A stretch of DNA of 62,349 bases, the filler included, from Candidatus Woesearchaeota archaeon (GTDB taxonomy: Archaea; Nanobdellota; Nanobdellia; Woesearchaeales; DATGWN01): the NCBI GenBank assembly GCA_047603125.1. It is 5 parts of 5 records of this genome, joined end to end, with 100 filler letters (N's around TTAATTAATTAA, not from the genome) between each part and the next. Parts side by side here need not be neighbours in the genome. Positions count along the whole stretch, not along the records: positions 1 to 26,627 come from JBLKOU010000010.1; 4 more parts are not named here. One strand, written 5' to 3'. Numbering within the stretch: position 1 is the stretch's first letter; each line of letters starts with the position of its first letter. Both the position numbers and the translations under genes were made by a program. Positions 9,995 to 19,630 of the stretch are shown here, piece by piece. Below the pieces are notes generated by a model that was given only the letters and a program-made list of their open reading frames with translations, was not told the origin of the DNA and did no database searches.

Positions 9995-10091
9995 TGATGG
10001 GTGAATATGCTGCCAATATGAAAATCTTACAAAAAGCAAGCTCGCCCGATATTCATAAACTTTTATAAATAAACACGATACTTACCTCATT

Positions 10092-11192
10092 ATGGCATTT
10101 AATCCTTGGGAAGTTTCAGGAGCGGTTGATTATGATAAGCTTGTAAAACAGTTTGGAATTAAACCATTAAAAAAACTCCCGGCTATTTTTGAAAAAAATA
10201 TTTTATTTTCGCGAAAAAAAATATTTGCGCACAGAGATTTTGAAAAAATAGCTCAGGCAATTGAGCAAAAAAAACCGTTTTGTGTTATGACTGGGCTTAT
10301 GCCAACGGGAAAATTTCATATTGGTCATATGATTCTTGCGCAACAATTTATTTTTTATCAATCCTTGGGTGCAAAAATATATATTGCGATCGCAGACATT
10401 GAAGCGTATCATGCACGATCACAAAGTTTGGAGACGAGTCGAAAAATTGCAATTGAGGAATATGTCAAAAATTATATCGCGCTTGGATTAAAAAAAGAAA
10501 ATCTTGTGCTTTACTTTCAAAGTGAACGCAGTGATAACGCATTCGTATCTAATTCATATTACAGACTGCAAAATCTTCTGGCAAGACATGCAACTTTTAA
10601 TGAATTTCAAGCAGTATATGGAGAAATTAGTCCAGGGAAAATGATTAGTGCATTACTTCAGGCAGCTGATATGCTTCATCCAAGTCTTGATGAGTTTGAA
10701 GGAGCAATTCCTATTCTTATTCCGGTTGGCATTGATCAAGATCCACATATTCGCCTTGCAAGAGACATTGCAAAAAGAATAAAGGAAAAAAAAGTGGGAC
10801 AACTCAGCTCAACATACCATTTATTCGTTCCAGGGCTTGATGGGGGAAAAATGAGCTCGTCAGTTGAAAGTTCTTATATTGGTTTAACAGATGACCCTGT
10901 AACTATTAAAAAGAAAGTCAATAAATATGCATTTTCTGGCGGCAGAGCAACCTTGGAAGAGCATAGAAAACTCGGTGGCAATCCTGATATTGATGTGAGT
11001 TATCAATGGCTGACGTTTTTTGAGCAAGATGATGCACTCTTGGATCAAATCGCCAAAAAATATCGCAGTGGTGAGTTATTAAGTGGCGAGTTAAAAGCAA
11101 TTATTATAGAAAAGTTACAAGCAATCATTGGTGACGTGCAAAAAAAGCGAGCAAAAATAACACAAAAAGATATTGAGCAATATTTTTCATAA
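10092..11192 (+). CDS. trpS: Tryptophanyl-tRNA synthetase (archaeal type)
   Basis: PTGKFHIGH (HIGH), GIDQDPH, KMSSS, AFSGG. Confidence 0.96.
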   Translation: MAFNPWEVSGAVDYDKLVKQFGIKPLKKLPAIFEKNILFSRKKIFAHRDFEKIAQAIEQKKPFCVMTGLMPTGKFHIGHMILAQQFIFYQSLGAKIYIAIADIEAYHARSQSLETSRKIAIEEYVKNYIALGLKKENLVLYFQSERSDNAFVSNSYYRLQNLLARHATFNEFQAVYGEISPGKMISALLQAADMLHPSLDEFEGAIPILIPVGIDQDPHIRLARDIAKRIKEKKVGQLSSTYHLFVPGLDGGKMSSSVESSYIGLTDDPVTIKKKVNKYAFSGGRATLEEHRKLGGNPDIDVSYQWLTFFEQDDALLDQIAKKYRSGELLSGELKAIIIEKLQAIIGDVQKKRAKITQKDIEQYFS

Positions 11193-11247
11193 AAATCACA
11201 AAAATTCTTTCGCAGACTATTTAAATGAGCAAGTGTTTACTAGTTTC

Positions 11248-11976
11248 ATGGATGAAATCGTGAGCACAGGAAGCATATTTGATCAATTGCTAAACGGTGG
11301 CTTTGAAAAGGAAGTAATTACGACTATTTATGGACCTGCGGGCTCGGGAAAGACAAATGTCGCACTCTTGACACTTTGTCACATCATAAAAAACGGCGGA
11401 AAGGTCATATATGTGGATACGGAAGGTTCATTTTCTGCATCTCGGGCAGAACAAATTCTGCCTGACTTTCAAAAATATGCAAAAAACGTTGTTTTTTTAC
11501 GACCTTTTACATTTGAAGATCAAAAAAAATCATTTCTACTCCTAAAAGAAAAAATAGAAGAAAACCCGAAACAGTACACGGTTGTGATTATTGATTCCAT
11601 TGCAATGTTATATCGCTTAGAAGTTGGAAAAACATTGGACGTTTCTTTTGTAAATAAAGAGCTTGCAATACAATTGGGTATTTTAACAGAAATTGCGAGA
11701 AAGCATAATGTTCCGTCGCTTATAACAAATCAAGTATATTCTGATTTTGAAAATCGTGACATGGTGAAAATGGTTGGTGGGGATTTACTCAAATACACAT
11801 CAAAATGTTTGATTGAACTCAAAAAAGCAAAAAGTAATCTTCGCATAGCACGTTTGATTAAACATCGAAGTTTACCGGAAGGCAAAGAGCTTGTTTTCAA
11901 AATCATTGATTCGGGAATTGAGCAAGCGCAAATACCAAAACTCCCACAAAAAATTGATTCGGATGAGTTTGTATGA
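11248..11976 (+). CDS. radB: DNA repair protein RadB
   Basis: GPAGSGKT, YVDTEG, IIDS, TNQV, KHRS basic patch; no N-terminal HhH domain. ATG 11248 preferred as start. Confidence 0.92.
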   Translation: MDEIVSTGSIFDQLLNGGFEKEVITTIYGPAGSGKTNVALLTLCHIIKNGGKVIYVDTEGSFSASRAEQILPDFQKYAKNVVFLRPFTFEDQKKSFLLLKEKIEENPKQYTVVIIDSIAMLYRLEVGKTLDVSFVNKELAIQLGILTEIARKHNVPSLITNQVYSDFENRDMVKMVGGDLLKYTSKCLIELKKAKSNLRIARLIKHRSLPEGKELVFKIIDSGIEQAQIPKLPQKIDSDEFV

Positions 11977-12263
11977 AAAAAGACAAAAAGCGTGCCAGAG
12001 AAACCATTTGTGAATTATTTGAAAGTGCACAAATTGTTGCAAGCGTAGATTTACTTCGTGCACATCAATTTATTAAAGATGCAAGAAAACTCGGTCAAAA
12101 ACATCTCATTCGCCTGACAAGTCAACAAAAGCGTCAATATTGTCATAAATGTTATGCATATCTTCATCCGGCTATAAACGCACGCGTTCGTGTACGTGAT
12201 GGTATTTTAGAATCAGAATGTCTCAATTGCGGTCATTGCAATCGATTTGTTGTAAAAGGATGA
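11973..12263 (+). CDS. rnp4: Ribonuclease P protein component 4 (Rpp21)
   Basis: KRQYCHKC...PAINARVRV...CLNCG zinc ribbon. Confidence 0.88.
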   Translation: MKKDKKRARETICELFESAQIVASVDLLRAHQFIKDARKLGQKHLIRLTSQQKRQYCHKCYAYLHPAINARVRVRDGILESECLNCGHCNRFVVKG

Positions 12264-12267
12264 TGTT

Positions 12268-12420
12268 TTACTCTGGGATTTGAGTATCAGATAAATCAGT
12301 GGTCTAACGACAGTTGTCTTTTTTGAAAAATCGGAGCTGCATTTTTTCGGATTCTCATCCTCAATTTCAAAAGAGGCTTTTAAACAATTGTCCTGGTTTT
12401 AGATTTAACACCAAGAAGTA
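12268..12420 (+). repeat. Structured element family B, hybrid/degenerate copy
   Basis: Has the GACAGTTGTC hairpin of 7823-type copies, GCTGCA, the TTTTCGGATT.TCATCCTCAA.TT..AAAGAGG.TTT.AAACAAT module shared with 59077-59275, and a CACCAAG foot. Confidence 0.6.
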
Positions 12421-12486
12421 TGTTTTTATCATATCACAGGCTATCCATACAAATAATTTTTAAATAAAAACGTTTCTTAAAGATTT

Positions 12487-13323
12487 ATGGAGAGAAAGAC
12501 GCTCATTGTTATTGGTATTTTTGGTGGCCTTTTTCTTTTGGTAAGCTTTGTTTTTTCTGGTCTTCTTGTTTTTTATTTGATGTTTGGTTATTTAGAACAT
12601 AATGCTCATATTATCTTTATTGAAGATTATTTGAACGAACCATTTCAATATCAACTTCAACCCATGCAAGGAATTTATTATGAACAATCTTTAGTTGAAA
12701 TATATCCGATTGGTCAAGTGAGTGCAGATTTACAAAATATGTGTCAAATGATTATGGCAACATATGCAATACCTTGTCGCATACGACCACCTATTATAGA
12801 TACCTTTGACTCACAAATTGATAGCGATGTATTATTTACTCGTGGCTTTGCAAAACAATCCGGGTCTCATCAGGCGCATTTTATTGTCTACGTAACTGAG
12901 AAAAATATTTATTCGCAAACAGTGAGACCACGTAATTCGTATAGCTTTGTCAATTATCATTATGAGTACACTCCACAAAGAATTGATGGGGTGTTTGTAG
13001 TATCACCTTATCTTTTCAATCAAGCAATACCAAGATATCCAATAGCGAATCATCAAGAAATAATAGTTGAAAGAGCATTAATTACACAGACATTAACATC
13101 TCTGGGTCGTGCAATCTTTCAAAATGTTCGAGAACGAGATCCTCAATGTATTTCCGCGACAGTAAACTCTCTTTCTGATGTTTTACAAAAAACAGGAAGA
13201 CTCTGCCAGCAAGAATCTGAACATTTAACTCAATGGCAGAGCCAACTGGGTGAGCCAAGAAATATTTCGTCACATCAAATGCAAGAGCTTGAACGAATTA
13301 AGCGCCTGTATTATTTTGAGTGA
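12487..13323 (+). CDS. Membrane-anchored archaemetzincin-like protein lacking the HExxH motif
   Basis: N-terminal TM helix; CISATVNSLSDVLQKTGRLC resembles the archaemetzincin C-terminus; the zinc motif region reads LTSLGRAIF. Confidence 0.5.
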   Translation: MERKTLIVIGIFGGLFLLVSFVFSGLLVFYLMFGYLEHNAHIIFIEDYLNEPFQYQLQPMQGIYYEQSLVEIYPIGQVSADLQNMCQMIMATYAIPCRIRPPIIDTFDSQIDSDVLFTRGFAKQSGSHQAHFIVYVTEKNIYSQTVRPRNSYSFVNYHYEYTPQRIDGVFVVSPYLFNQAIPRYPIANHQEIIVERALITQTLTSLGRAIFQNVRERDPQCISATVNSLSDVLQKTGRLCQQESEHLTQWQSQLGEPRNISSHQMQELERIKRLYYFE

Positions 13324-13378
13324 GTGAATGATGTTGCTTTCTGAAAATTTATAAACTCCTTTTTATGTTTTTTTATTG

Positions 13379-14068
13379 ATGTCTATTTCAATAGCAGTAG
13401 CATTTTTTGGAGGTTTAGCGACATTTTTAAGTCCCTGTGTTTTACCACTCCTCCCTTCCTTTTTTGCATATTTGGCTGGCGGTGTTCAAATAAGTCGTAT
13501 GCGATATTTTCTTAATAGCGTCTTTTTTGTTTTGGGGTTGAGCTTAGTATTTGCGTTTATAGGGATACTTTTTCAACTCGTTTTTGCTCGTACGAGTTTT
13601 ATTATTGAGCTATGGCTTTCTCGTATCGGGGGAATTTTTATTATGCTTTTTGCGCTTCATATTCTTGGTGCTCTTCCTTTATCGTTTTTGAATCGCGAGT
13701 ATAAAGTTTCTTCTATGCAATTTTCTTCCACCTATATTACGTCATTTTTGTTTGGGGCAGTGTTTGCTCTTGGCTGGACTCCTTGTTTTAGTGCAATTCT
13801 GGGAGGAATTTTAACATTAGCTATTGTTGAGCCGACAAGTGGTTTTTTTCTCTTATTTGCCTATGCTCTTGGTTTAGGAATACCGTTTTTACTTGTAGGC
13901 ATTTTTTCAACGGAGTTATTGTTGTTTTTAAAAAAGCATAAACAATTTTTCTGGTATTTTCAAAAAATCTTTGCAGTCGTTCTTCTTGGAATTGGTTTTT
14001 TAGCAGCAACGCAATCCATGAGTTTGATTGCAGACTTTACTCTTGCACTATGGTATATTGGAAGGTAA
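13379..14068 (+). CDS. ccdA: CcdA/DsbD-family transmembrane electron transporter
   Basis: FLSPCVLP and GWTPC motifs, six TM helices. Confidence 0.9.
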   Translation: MSISIAVAFFGGLATFLSPCVLPLLPSFFAYLAGGVQISRMRYFLNSVFFVLGLSLVFAFIGILFQLVFARTSFIIELWLSRIGGIFIMLFALHILGALPLSFLNREYKVSSMQFSSTYITSFLFGAVFALGWTPCFSAILGGILTLAIVEPTSGFFLLFAYALGLGIPFLLVGIFSTELLLFLKKHKQFFWYFQKIFAVVLLGIGFLAATQSMSLIADFTLALWYIGR

Positions 14069-14152
14069 TTTTTCAAAAAAATTGAAAAATTTTCAAAAAA
14101 AGTTACAAAGACCTTTTGAATCAGAAACCACTCTTTCTATTTGGTGAACAAC

Positions 14153-14341
14153 ATGGGTTTATCAGATAAAAAGGAAGAACAACTAAAAAAAATGCCAACG
14201 CTCGAGTTTGTTACTCGTAAAAGTAAGGATGGACGTTTTATCATCCATAAAACAATTGTGACTGATATTAAGCCAATTTCATATTATGAAAAAGTCTTAA
14301 ACGGTCAAGAAGAACAAGTTGAAGAAGAAGTCGCAGCTTGA
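14153..14341 (+). CDS. Small conserved hypothetical protein
   Basis: GGTGA SD before ATG; KSKDGRFIIHKTIVTDIKPISYYEKVL; T-rich tract after the stop. Confidence 0.7.
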   Translation: MGLSDKKEEQLKKMPTLEFVTRKSKDGRFIIHKTIVTDIKPISYYEKVLNGQEEQVEEEVAA

Positions 14342-14400
14342 CTTCTTTTTTCTTTTTCTCTTTCCAAAACATTTTAGAATAGATACGTCTGAGAATATGT

Positions 14401-15741
14401 ATGGTTGATACAAATACTCTCAGAGGGCCACTTCTTATTACCTATCCTGATTCGTTATTGATACAAAAGAAAAAGCCACTTGCATCTTTATCTCAATTTC
14501 TTGAAAAAACGAAATTTTCTAGTATTCATCTACTGCCTTTTCAACCATATAGGTGTGATGATGGATTTGGAATAACTGATTATTTGAGAGTTCGCCCAGA
14601 ACTAGGGACTTGGAAGAATATAGAAGCTATTGGAAAAAAGCGAATTGTTGTTGCAGATCTCATTCTCAATCATTGTAGTTTACCAAATAAACAATTTAGA
14701 GATGAGCATTTACTTTCTTTTACTAAAAAACCTTCAACAACCCATGTTTTTCGTCCGAGAAAGACACCACTTTTTGTCAAGAAAAATAACAAATTTTATT
14801 GGACAACATTTAGCAGTCAACAATTCGATCTTAATTGGAAACATCCTCACGTTTTTACGAAATTTCAACATATACTCGATGAGTTTGCACAGCATTCGAT
14901 AAAGGGGTTTCGTCTTGATGCTGTTGGTTTTACGTATAAAGATTTACGAACAAACTGCTTTTGTACAAAACAAAGTCAAAAAATAGCGTATGCCTTTACA
15001 CAATATGCTCAAAAAACCCATGGTGCGTCCGTTATAGGAGAAGTGAATGGGACACGTGAACAAATAGAATCGTTTTTACCTCATTGTTCCTTCATATATG
15101 ACTTTGAATTTACAAGTTATCTCACATATAGTTTCTTTTATCAAGAGAGTACTTGGTTATATAAAAAAACATATTCTTCTCGATATTTGTATCCTGCTTC
15201 AACTCACGATGGTATTCCACTTATTCCCTTGTTTCAAAATAATTTAGGTGAGAGGTTTGTTCGAGATGTACAAAAAAAAGGTTTTTATGTTTCTTTTATG
15301 AATAAAAAAAAGCCATACGAATTAAATACAACACTTGTGAGTTTATTAGGAAAAAAAGCGACAAAAGCAGCACATGCGCTGGCCTTTTTTCTTCCTGGCG
15401 TGGGTGCGACCTTTATTGGAAATTTTTTATTACAAAAAAATAAACCTGGATTTGGCCGCGCAATTCACAGAAAGAAATTAACGTCGTACAAAGTCGATTC
15501 GGACATGAATACAATAGTCAGTGAATCCCAAAATATTTCTGGTTCTTTGAAATTAATTTTTGTCAATAAAAAACTCTTTGTTGCAAAGAGGGGAAAATAT
15601 ATTTGCATAATTAATTTGAGCGATCATCCTGTTTCTTATGATGTTTTTGGGTTTGATGTATTATCTAAACGACATATCCGTCGCTTACATGTTCAAGCAC
15701 ATGAATATTTGTGGCTAGTTAAAATTCGGTTTAAGAACTGA
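14401..15741 (+). CDS. GH13 sucrose phosphorylase-like (GH13_18) glycoside phosphorylase
   Basis: LITYPDS, IHLLPF..DDGF...DY, DLILNH, WTTFS.QQFDLN, RLDAVGF (nucleophile), IGE, THDGI. Confidence 0.8.
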   Translation: MVDTNTLRGPLLITYPDSLLIQKKKPLASLSQFLEKTKFSSIHLLPFQPYRCDDGFGITDYLRVRPELGTWKNIEAIGKKRIVVADLILNHCSLPNKQFRDEHLLSFTKKPSTTHVFRPRKTPLFVKKNNKFYWTTFSSQQFDLNWKHPHVFTKFQHILDEFAQHSIKGFRLDAVGFTYKDLRTNCFCTKQSQKIAYAFTQYAQKTHGASVIGEVNGTREQIESFLPHCSFIYDFEFTSYLTYSFFYQESTWLYKKTYSSRYLYPASTHDGIPLIPLFQNNLGERFVRDVQKKGFYVSFMNKKKPYELNTTLVSLLGKKATKAAHALAFFLPGVGATFIGNFLLQKNKPGFGRAIHRKKLTSYKVDSDMNTIVSESQNISGSLKLIFVNKKLFVAKRGKYICIINLSDHPVSYDVFGFDVLSKRHIRRLHVQAHEYLWLVKIRFKN

Positions 15742-16653
15742 CCCTGAAATTTGTGCTTTATTTCCATTCTGTGTAAACTGCGATATGTAGTTATAAATAC
15801 ACGCACGAGACGATTTGTATGCTTTTGCCCATTCTATTTGCATGTTTAGAGGTTTATTTGATTCAAAAACAGGTCTGCCCTTTAATTCTGTTTGCAGTAA
15901 TGTTGAATTAAAATTTAAAAATCCTGCTTCTTGAAGAGTAGAGAATAAAATACTTGAAAACCCAACTTCGTAAATAAGAGACTGTTTTGTCCACGGGCTC
16001 TGCTGTCCATCATATGGCAATGAAACTTCGGGACTTTCTATCTTTCCTCTGATAGTTTGATGTATCCCTGGAAAAAAAGGAAGTTCTTCCTCAGATTCAA
16101 ATTCTACAACTCCTCCATCACTGGAATCATCATCAGTATTACCAAATGTAGTATCTTCATCAGCTTTTGTTTGAATGAATGGTTCAAATTCATACGCGGG
16201 CGCGAGTGTTTTTCCAAAAATCGTATTCACTGCTTGGTCTTGTCTAAATGAAACTGAATACTCGATAAGATCCATATCTTCGATAAACGGTGTTGTGCGA
16301 AGTTCAGCAGTAACGAGGGTTCGTGTATTATACGCAACAGCCAGTCGTTTTTTAGCTGCTTGCATATATCCGACACTCTTTGGAAATGGTACTTTTCCTA
16401 TATTTGCTATTTCGCACGCGACAGAGAGTGCATCTTCACTTGCACGGTAAACTTCAACAAGCATTTGAGAACGTGTTGCGTCCATTAATTCGTGCATTGC
16501 AAACAGTTCAGGTGAAAAAGAAGTGGTGAACTTGACGCGAACATGTCGGCAATCATTCTCATTTTCTCGATATAAGACCTTTGCTTGGTCGCTTAGATGT
16601 GTTGGTTCCCATCGATCAAGGAGATGCTCAAGTGTGCATACGATTGTCATCAT
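15715..16653 (-). CDS. Hypothetical protein
   Basis: 312-aa ORF with a TATA-like TTTAAATA upstream; possibly hotdog/thioesterase-like but not supported by a motif. Confidence 0.6.
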   Translation of the reverse strand: MMTIVCTLEHLLDRWEPTHLSDQAKVLYRENENDCRHVRVKFTTSFSPELFAMHELMDATRSQMLVEVYRASEDALSVACEIANIGKVPFPKSVGYMQAAKKRLAVAYNTRTLVTAELRTTPFIEDMDLIEYSVSFRQDQAVNTIFGKTLAPAYEFEPFIQTKADEDTTFGNTDDDSSDGGVVEFESEEELPFFPGIHQTIRGKIESPEVSLPYDGQQSPWTKQSLIYEVGFSSILFSTLQEAGFLNFNSTLLQTELKGRPVFESNKPLNMQIEWAKAYKSSRACIYNYISQFTQNGNKAQISGSVLKPNFN

Positions 16654-16760
16654 TTTTTTAATAGGCCTCGTATATTTAAATCTTACTTTTTTTGCTACTC
16701 GAAAGTGAGATTTAAAGAAAAGAAGAAATGTTTAAAAGGAAAAGGCCGTAATTTTACTAT

Positions 16761-18584
16761 ATGCACGATATTGTCATAGGAAGGGATGAAGCGGATCGGA
16801 AAAAGTATGCAAATCGCGGTACTATTCTTGTAGGAAAGCATTATGTTCAGATGGGACAAACAACATCACTTTCAAACAATATTTATCTGGATATCGCGCG
16901 TGCACATGCAATGTTTGTTTGCGGAAAAAGAGGTGGGGGAAAGTGTCTGACGGGAGATACTTTAATAACGCTTGGAGACTCAACTCAAAAGACAATAGAA
17001 CAGTTATTTAATGAATATACGAGTGATGGGATTGCAGTTTCAAAAGATTATTATAAATTATCTCAAAAAATCACAGTCTTGTCATTTAATATTTCTCAGC
17101 AAAAAATCGAAAAAAAATCTGTTACACATATGTTTCGCAGAAAAGTAAAAGAAAAATTAGTCAAATGGACTTATATAATAAATGAAAAACCGATTACTTT
17201 AATTACGACTAAGGATCATAAAATTCTCACTATTCTAAACGATTTCAAGCAGAGTTTGAGATTTAATTTCGAATGGGATTCGTATCTTTCTCAAAAAAAT
17301 TTACATTACTTTGTAAGTCATAATAAAAATAAGATTGACCCCGTCAAAATTGAATCTTATCAAGAAATTGATTTTGAGGGCTATGTTTACGATTTAACAG
17401 TACCAGAAAATCATAATTTTGTGGCAAATGATATCATTGTTCATAATTCTTACACTCTTGGCGTCATTGCAGAAGGTCTCTCTGATATTGAGCCAGAAAT
17501 TGCACAAAACCTTTCTATTATTCTCATTGACACGATGGGTATTTATTGGACAATGAAATATCCAAATAAGCAAGATGAAGATCTACTCAAACAATGGAGC
17601 TTGGAAGCTAAAGGACTTGATGTGAAAATTTATACGCCGATTGGCTATTATCAAAAATATAAGGATGAGGGAATACCAACTGATTATCCATTTTCCATTC
17701 GACCCAGCGAACTGACTTCGCTTGACTGGTGTATGACATTTAACACAGATTCTAATTCTGAACAGGGAGTTTTAATTTCTCGAGTTATTTATGAGTTGCA
17801 AGAAAAACAGCAAAATTATAGCATTCAAACAATTATTGATGCCGTTACTACCGATACGGATGCAAGTGACATAGCAAAACAGGCTGTTATTAATTTATTC
17901 AAAAATGCAAATACATGGGGGTTGTTTTCGGATACGGCAACACCCTTATCTCAGCTTGCCCAAGGAGGTCAGGTGAGCGTACTGGATGTTTCTTGTTATG
18001 CAACACAGCAAGGTGGTTGGACAATTAAGCAATTGGCTGTTGGCATTGTCGCGCAAAAACTCTTTATTCAGAGAATGCTTGAGCGAAAAGATGAGGAATT
18101 TAAAGAAGTGCACAATATTATGAATTATTTTAGTGAGGATGATTCCTCAAAAAAACAACAATATCCTCTCGTGTGGCTTGTGATTGATGAAGCTCATGAA
18201 TTTTTACCCAATGATAAAACAGTTGCGTCTTCTGATCCTCTCATTACCATTTTACGTGAAGGTCGCCAACCAGGTATTTCAGTAATTCTTGCAACACAGC
18301 AACCTGGAAAAATTCATACGGATGTTTTAACACAGTCCGATACTGTTCTTTCTCACAGAATAACTGCAAAACTTGATACGGATGCTTTGGGTACGCTCAT
18401 GCAGTCTTATATGCGTACGGGTCTTGTGCAGGCTCTTGACACTCTACCTCGCGTGAAAGGAGCGGGCATTATTTTTGATGACACGAATGAGAAAATGTTT
18501 CCTATGCGCATTCGTCCTCGCTTTACATGGCATGGTGGTTCTTCTCCTTCAGCAGTTCCAAAAACTAAGAAGTATTTTGAGTAG
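16761..18584 (+). CDS. HerA/DUF87-family ATPase containing an intein
   Basis: Walker A GKRGGGK|S split by an intein; IDTMG, LVIDEAHEF (Walker B), REGRQPG, ATQQP. Confidence 0.9.
   Translation: MHDIVIGRDEADRKKYANRGTILVGKHYVQMGQTTSLSNNIYLDIARAHAMFVCGKRGGGKCLTGDTLITLGDSTQKTIEQLFNEYTSDGIAVSKDYYKLSQKITVLSFNISQQKIEKKSVTHMFRRKVKEKLVKWTYIINEKPITLITTKDHKILTILNDFKQSLRFNFEWDSYLSQKNLHYFVSHNKNKIDPVKIESYQEIDFEGYVYDLTVPENHNFVANDIIVHNSYTLGVIAEGLSDIEPEIAQNLSIILIDTMGIYWTMKYPNKQDEDLLKQWSLEAKGLDVKIYTPIGYYQKYKDEGIPTDYPFSIRPSELTSLDWCMTFNTDSNSEQGVLISRVIYELQEKQQNYSIQTIIDAVTTDTDASDIAKQAVINLFKNANTWGLFSDTATPLSQLAQGGQVSVLDVSCYATQQGGWTIKQLAVGIVAQKLFIQRMLERKDEEFKEVHNIMNYFSEDDSSKKQQYPLVWLVIDEAHEFLPNDKTVASSDPLITILREGRQPGISVILATQQPGKIHTDVLTQSDTVLSHRITAKLDTDALGTLMQSYMRTGLVQALDTLPRVKGAGIIFDDTNEKMFPMRIRPRFTWHGGSSPSAVPKTKKYFE
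16944..17447 (+). mobile_element. Mini-intein (168 aa, no homing endonuclease)
   Basis: Begins CLTGDT, block B TTKDHKIL, block F VYDLTVPENHNFVAN, ends VHN followed by Ser+1. Confidence 0.93.
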
Positions 18585-18661
18585 TGACAATTGAGCGGCA
18601 ATTCTCGTAATTTTTGATTTTTAAGAGAACATTTATATACTTGTGGACACATTATAACCAC

Positions 18662-19186
18662 ATGTTAAAGGATTTAACCACTTTGGAATTGTTTTTCATA
18701 GACCCGATGAGAGTGTATTCTGCCAGGGAATTAGCAAAAAATGCAAATATGAGTCACATAACAATTGCTAAGCAAATACAAAAATATGATTTTATTAAAA
18801 GAGAAAAAAATGGACCGTACTTAGGATTTAAGGCAAAGATTGTTCCGGAATTTCTTCGCATGCGATTTTTTTATAATTACCAGAAAATTTTCAAATCAGG
18901 CTTGATAGATTTTTTAAATTCTCATTTTGATTACCCTACTATGATTTTATTTGGATCATATGCAAAGGCGGAGAATGTTCGAAATAGTGATATAGATATT
19001 TGCATAATTTCTCAGGTTGAGAATGAACCGAATTTAAAAAAATTTGAAACAAAATTAGGGTTGCCAATTCAATTATTTATAAAATCAAAATCGAAATTAC
19101 ACGACCTGAAAAAAGATAATCCACATCTTTTGAATAGTATTTGTAATGGCATTGTTCTTCAAGGAGAGCTAGAGGTTTTTGGATGA
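18662..19186 (+). CDS. wHTH + minimal nucleotidyltransferase (MNT antitoxin)
   Basis: SARELAKNAN HTH; LFGSYAKAE...SDIDI. Confidence 0.88.
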   Translation: MLKDLTTLELFFIDPMRVYSARELAKNANMSHITIAKQIQKYDFIKREKNGPYLGFKAKIVPEFLRMRFFYNYQKIFKSGLIDFLNSHFDYPTMILFGSYAKAENVRNSDIDICIISQVENEPNLKKFETKLGLPIQLFIKSKSKLHDLKKDNPHLLNSICNGIVLQGELEVFG

Positions 19187-19590
19187 ATTTTGCATACATG
19201 CAACAAGAGGGTTTTATTCGAATTGTAACTCCAAATATGGCTAGAGCAAAGAGTTTGGAAATTGCATCTGAAGAAACATTAGAAACGGTTTTATTGATTC
19301 CTTTAACAAAAACAAGTTCTAAAACAATTGTTCGAGATTTATATGAAGCACTGAGACAAATGATTGAATCAAAAGGATATGCCAAAGGATTCAAATTTGA
19401 AAATCATGAGAGTCTCAAGTATTTTTTGCAGGAAAAACTGCAATTAAAAGAACTAGCGCTTTACTTTGATACATTACGAAAAATAAGAAATGGAATCAAT
19501 TATTATGGTGATAAAGTCAACCTTGAAACCGCCAGAGATGCTTTAACATTAGTTCCAAAATATATTTCTCAATTAAAAGACATTTCTTAA
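19183..19590 (+). CDS. HEPN domain toxin (MNT-HEPN pair)
   Basis: ATGA overlap with the MNT gene; LYEALR, NHE, LRKIRNGINYYG (R-x4-Y variant of the HEPN motif). Confidence 0.8.
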   Translation: MNFAYMQQEGFIRIVTPNMARAKSLEIASEETLETVLLIPLTKTSSKTIVRDLYEALRQMIESKGYAKGFKFENHESLKYFLQEKLQLKELALYFDTLRKIRNGINYYGDKVNLETARDALTLVPKYISQLKDIS

Positions 19591-19630
19591 GGTATTATTT
19601 TATTTCAATATTATCGAAATTATACGAAAC

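Noticed and set aside
9992..10030. C/D box sRNA candidate (TGATGA after the toxin stop)
   Set aside because: No properly placed CTGA box D or D' found.
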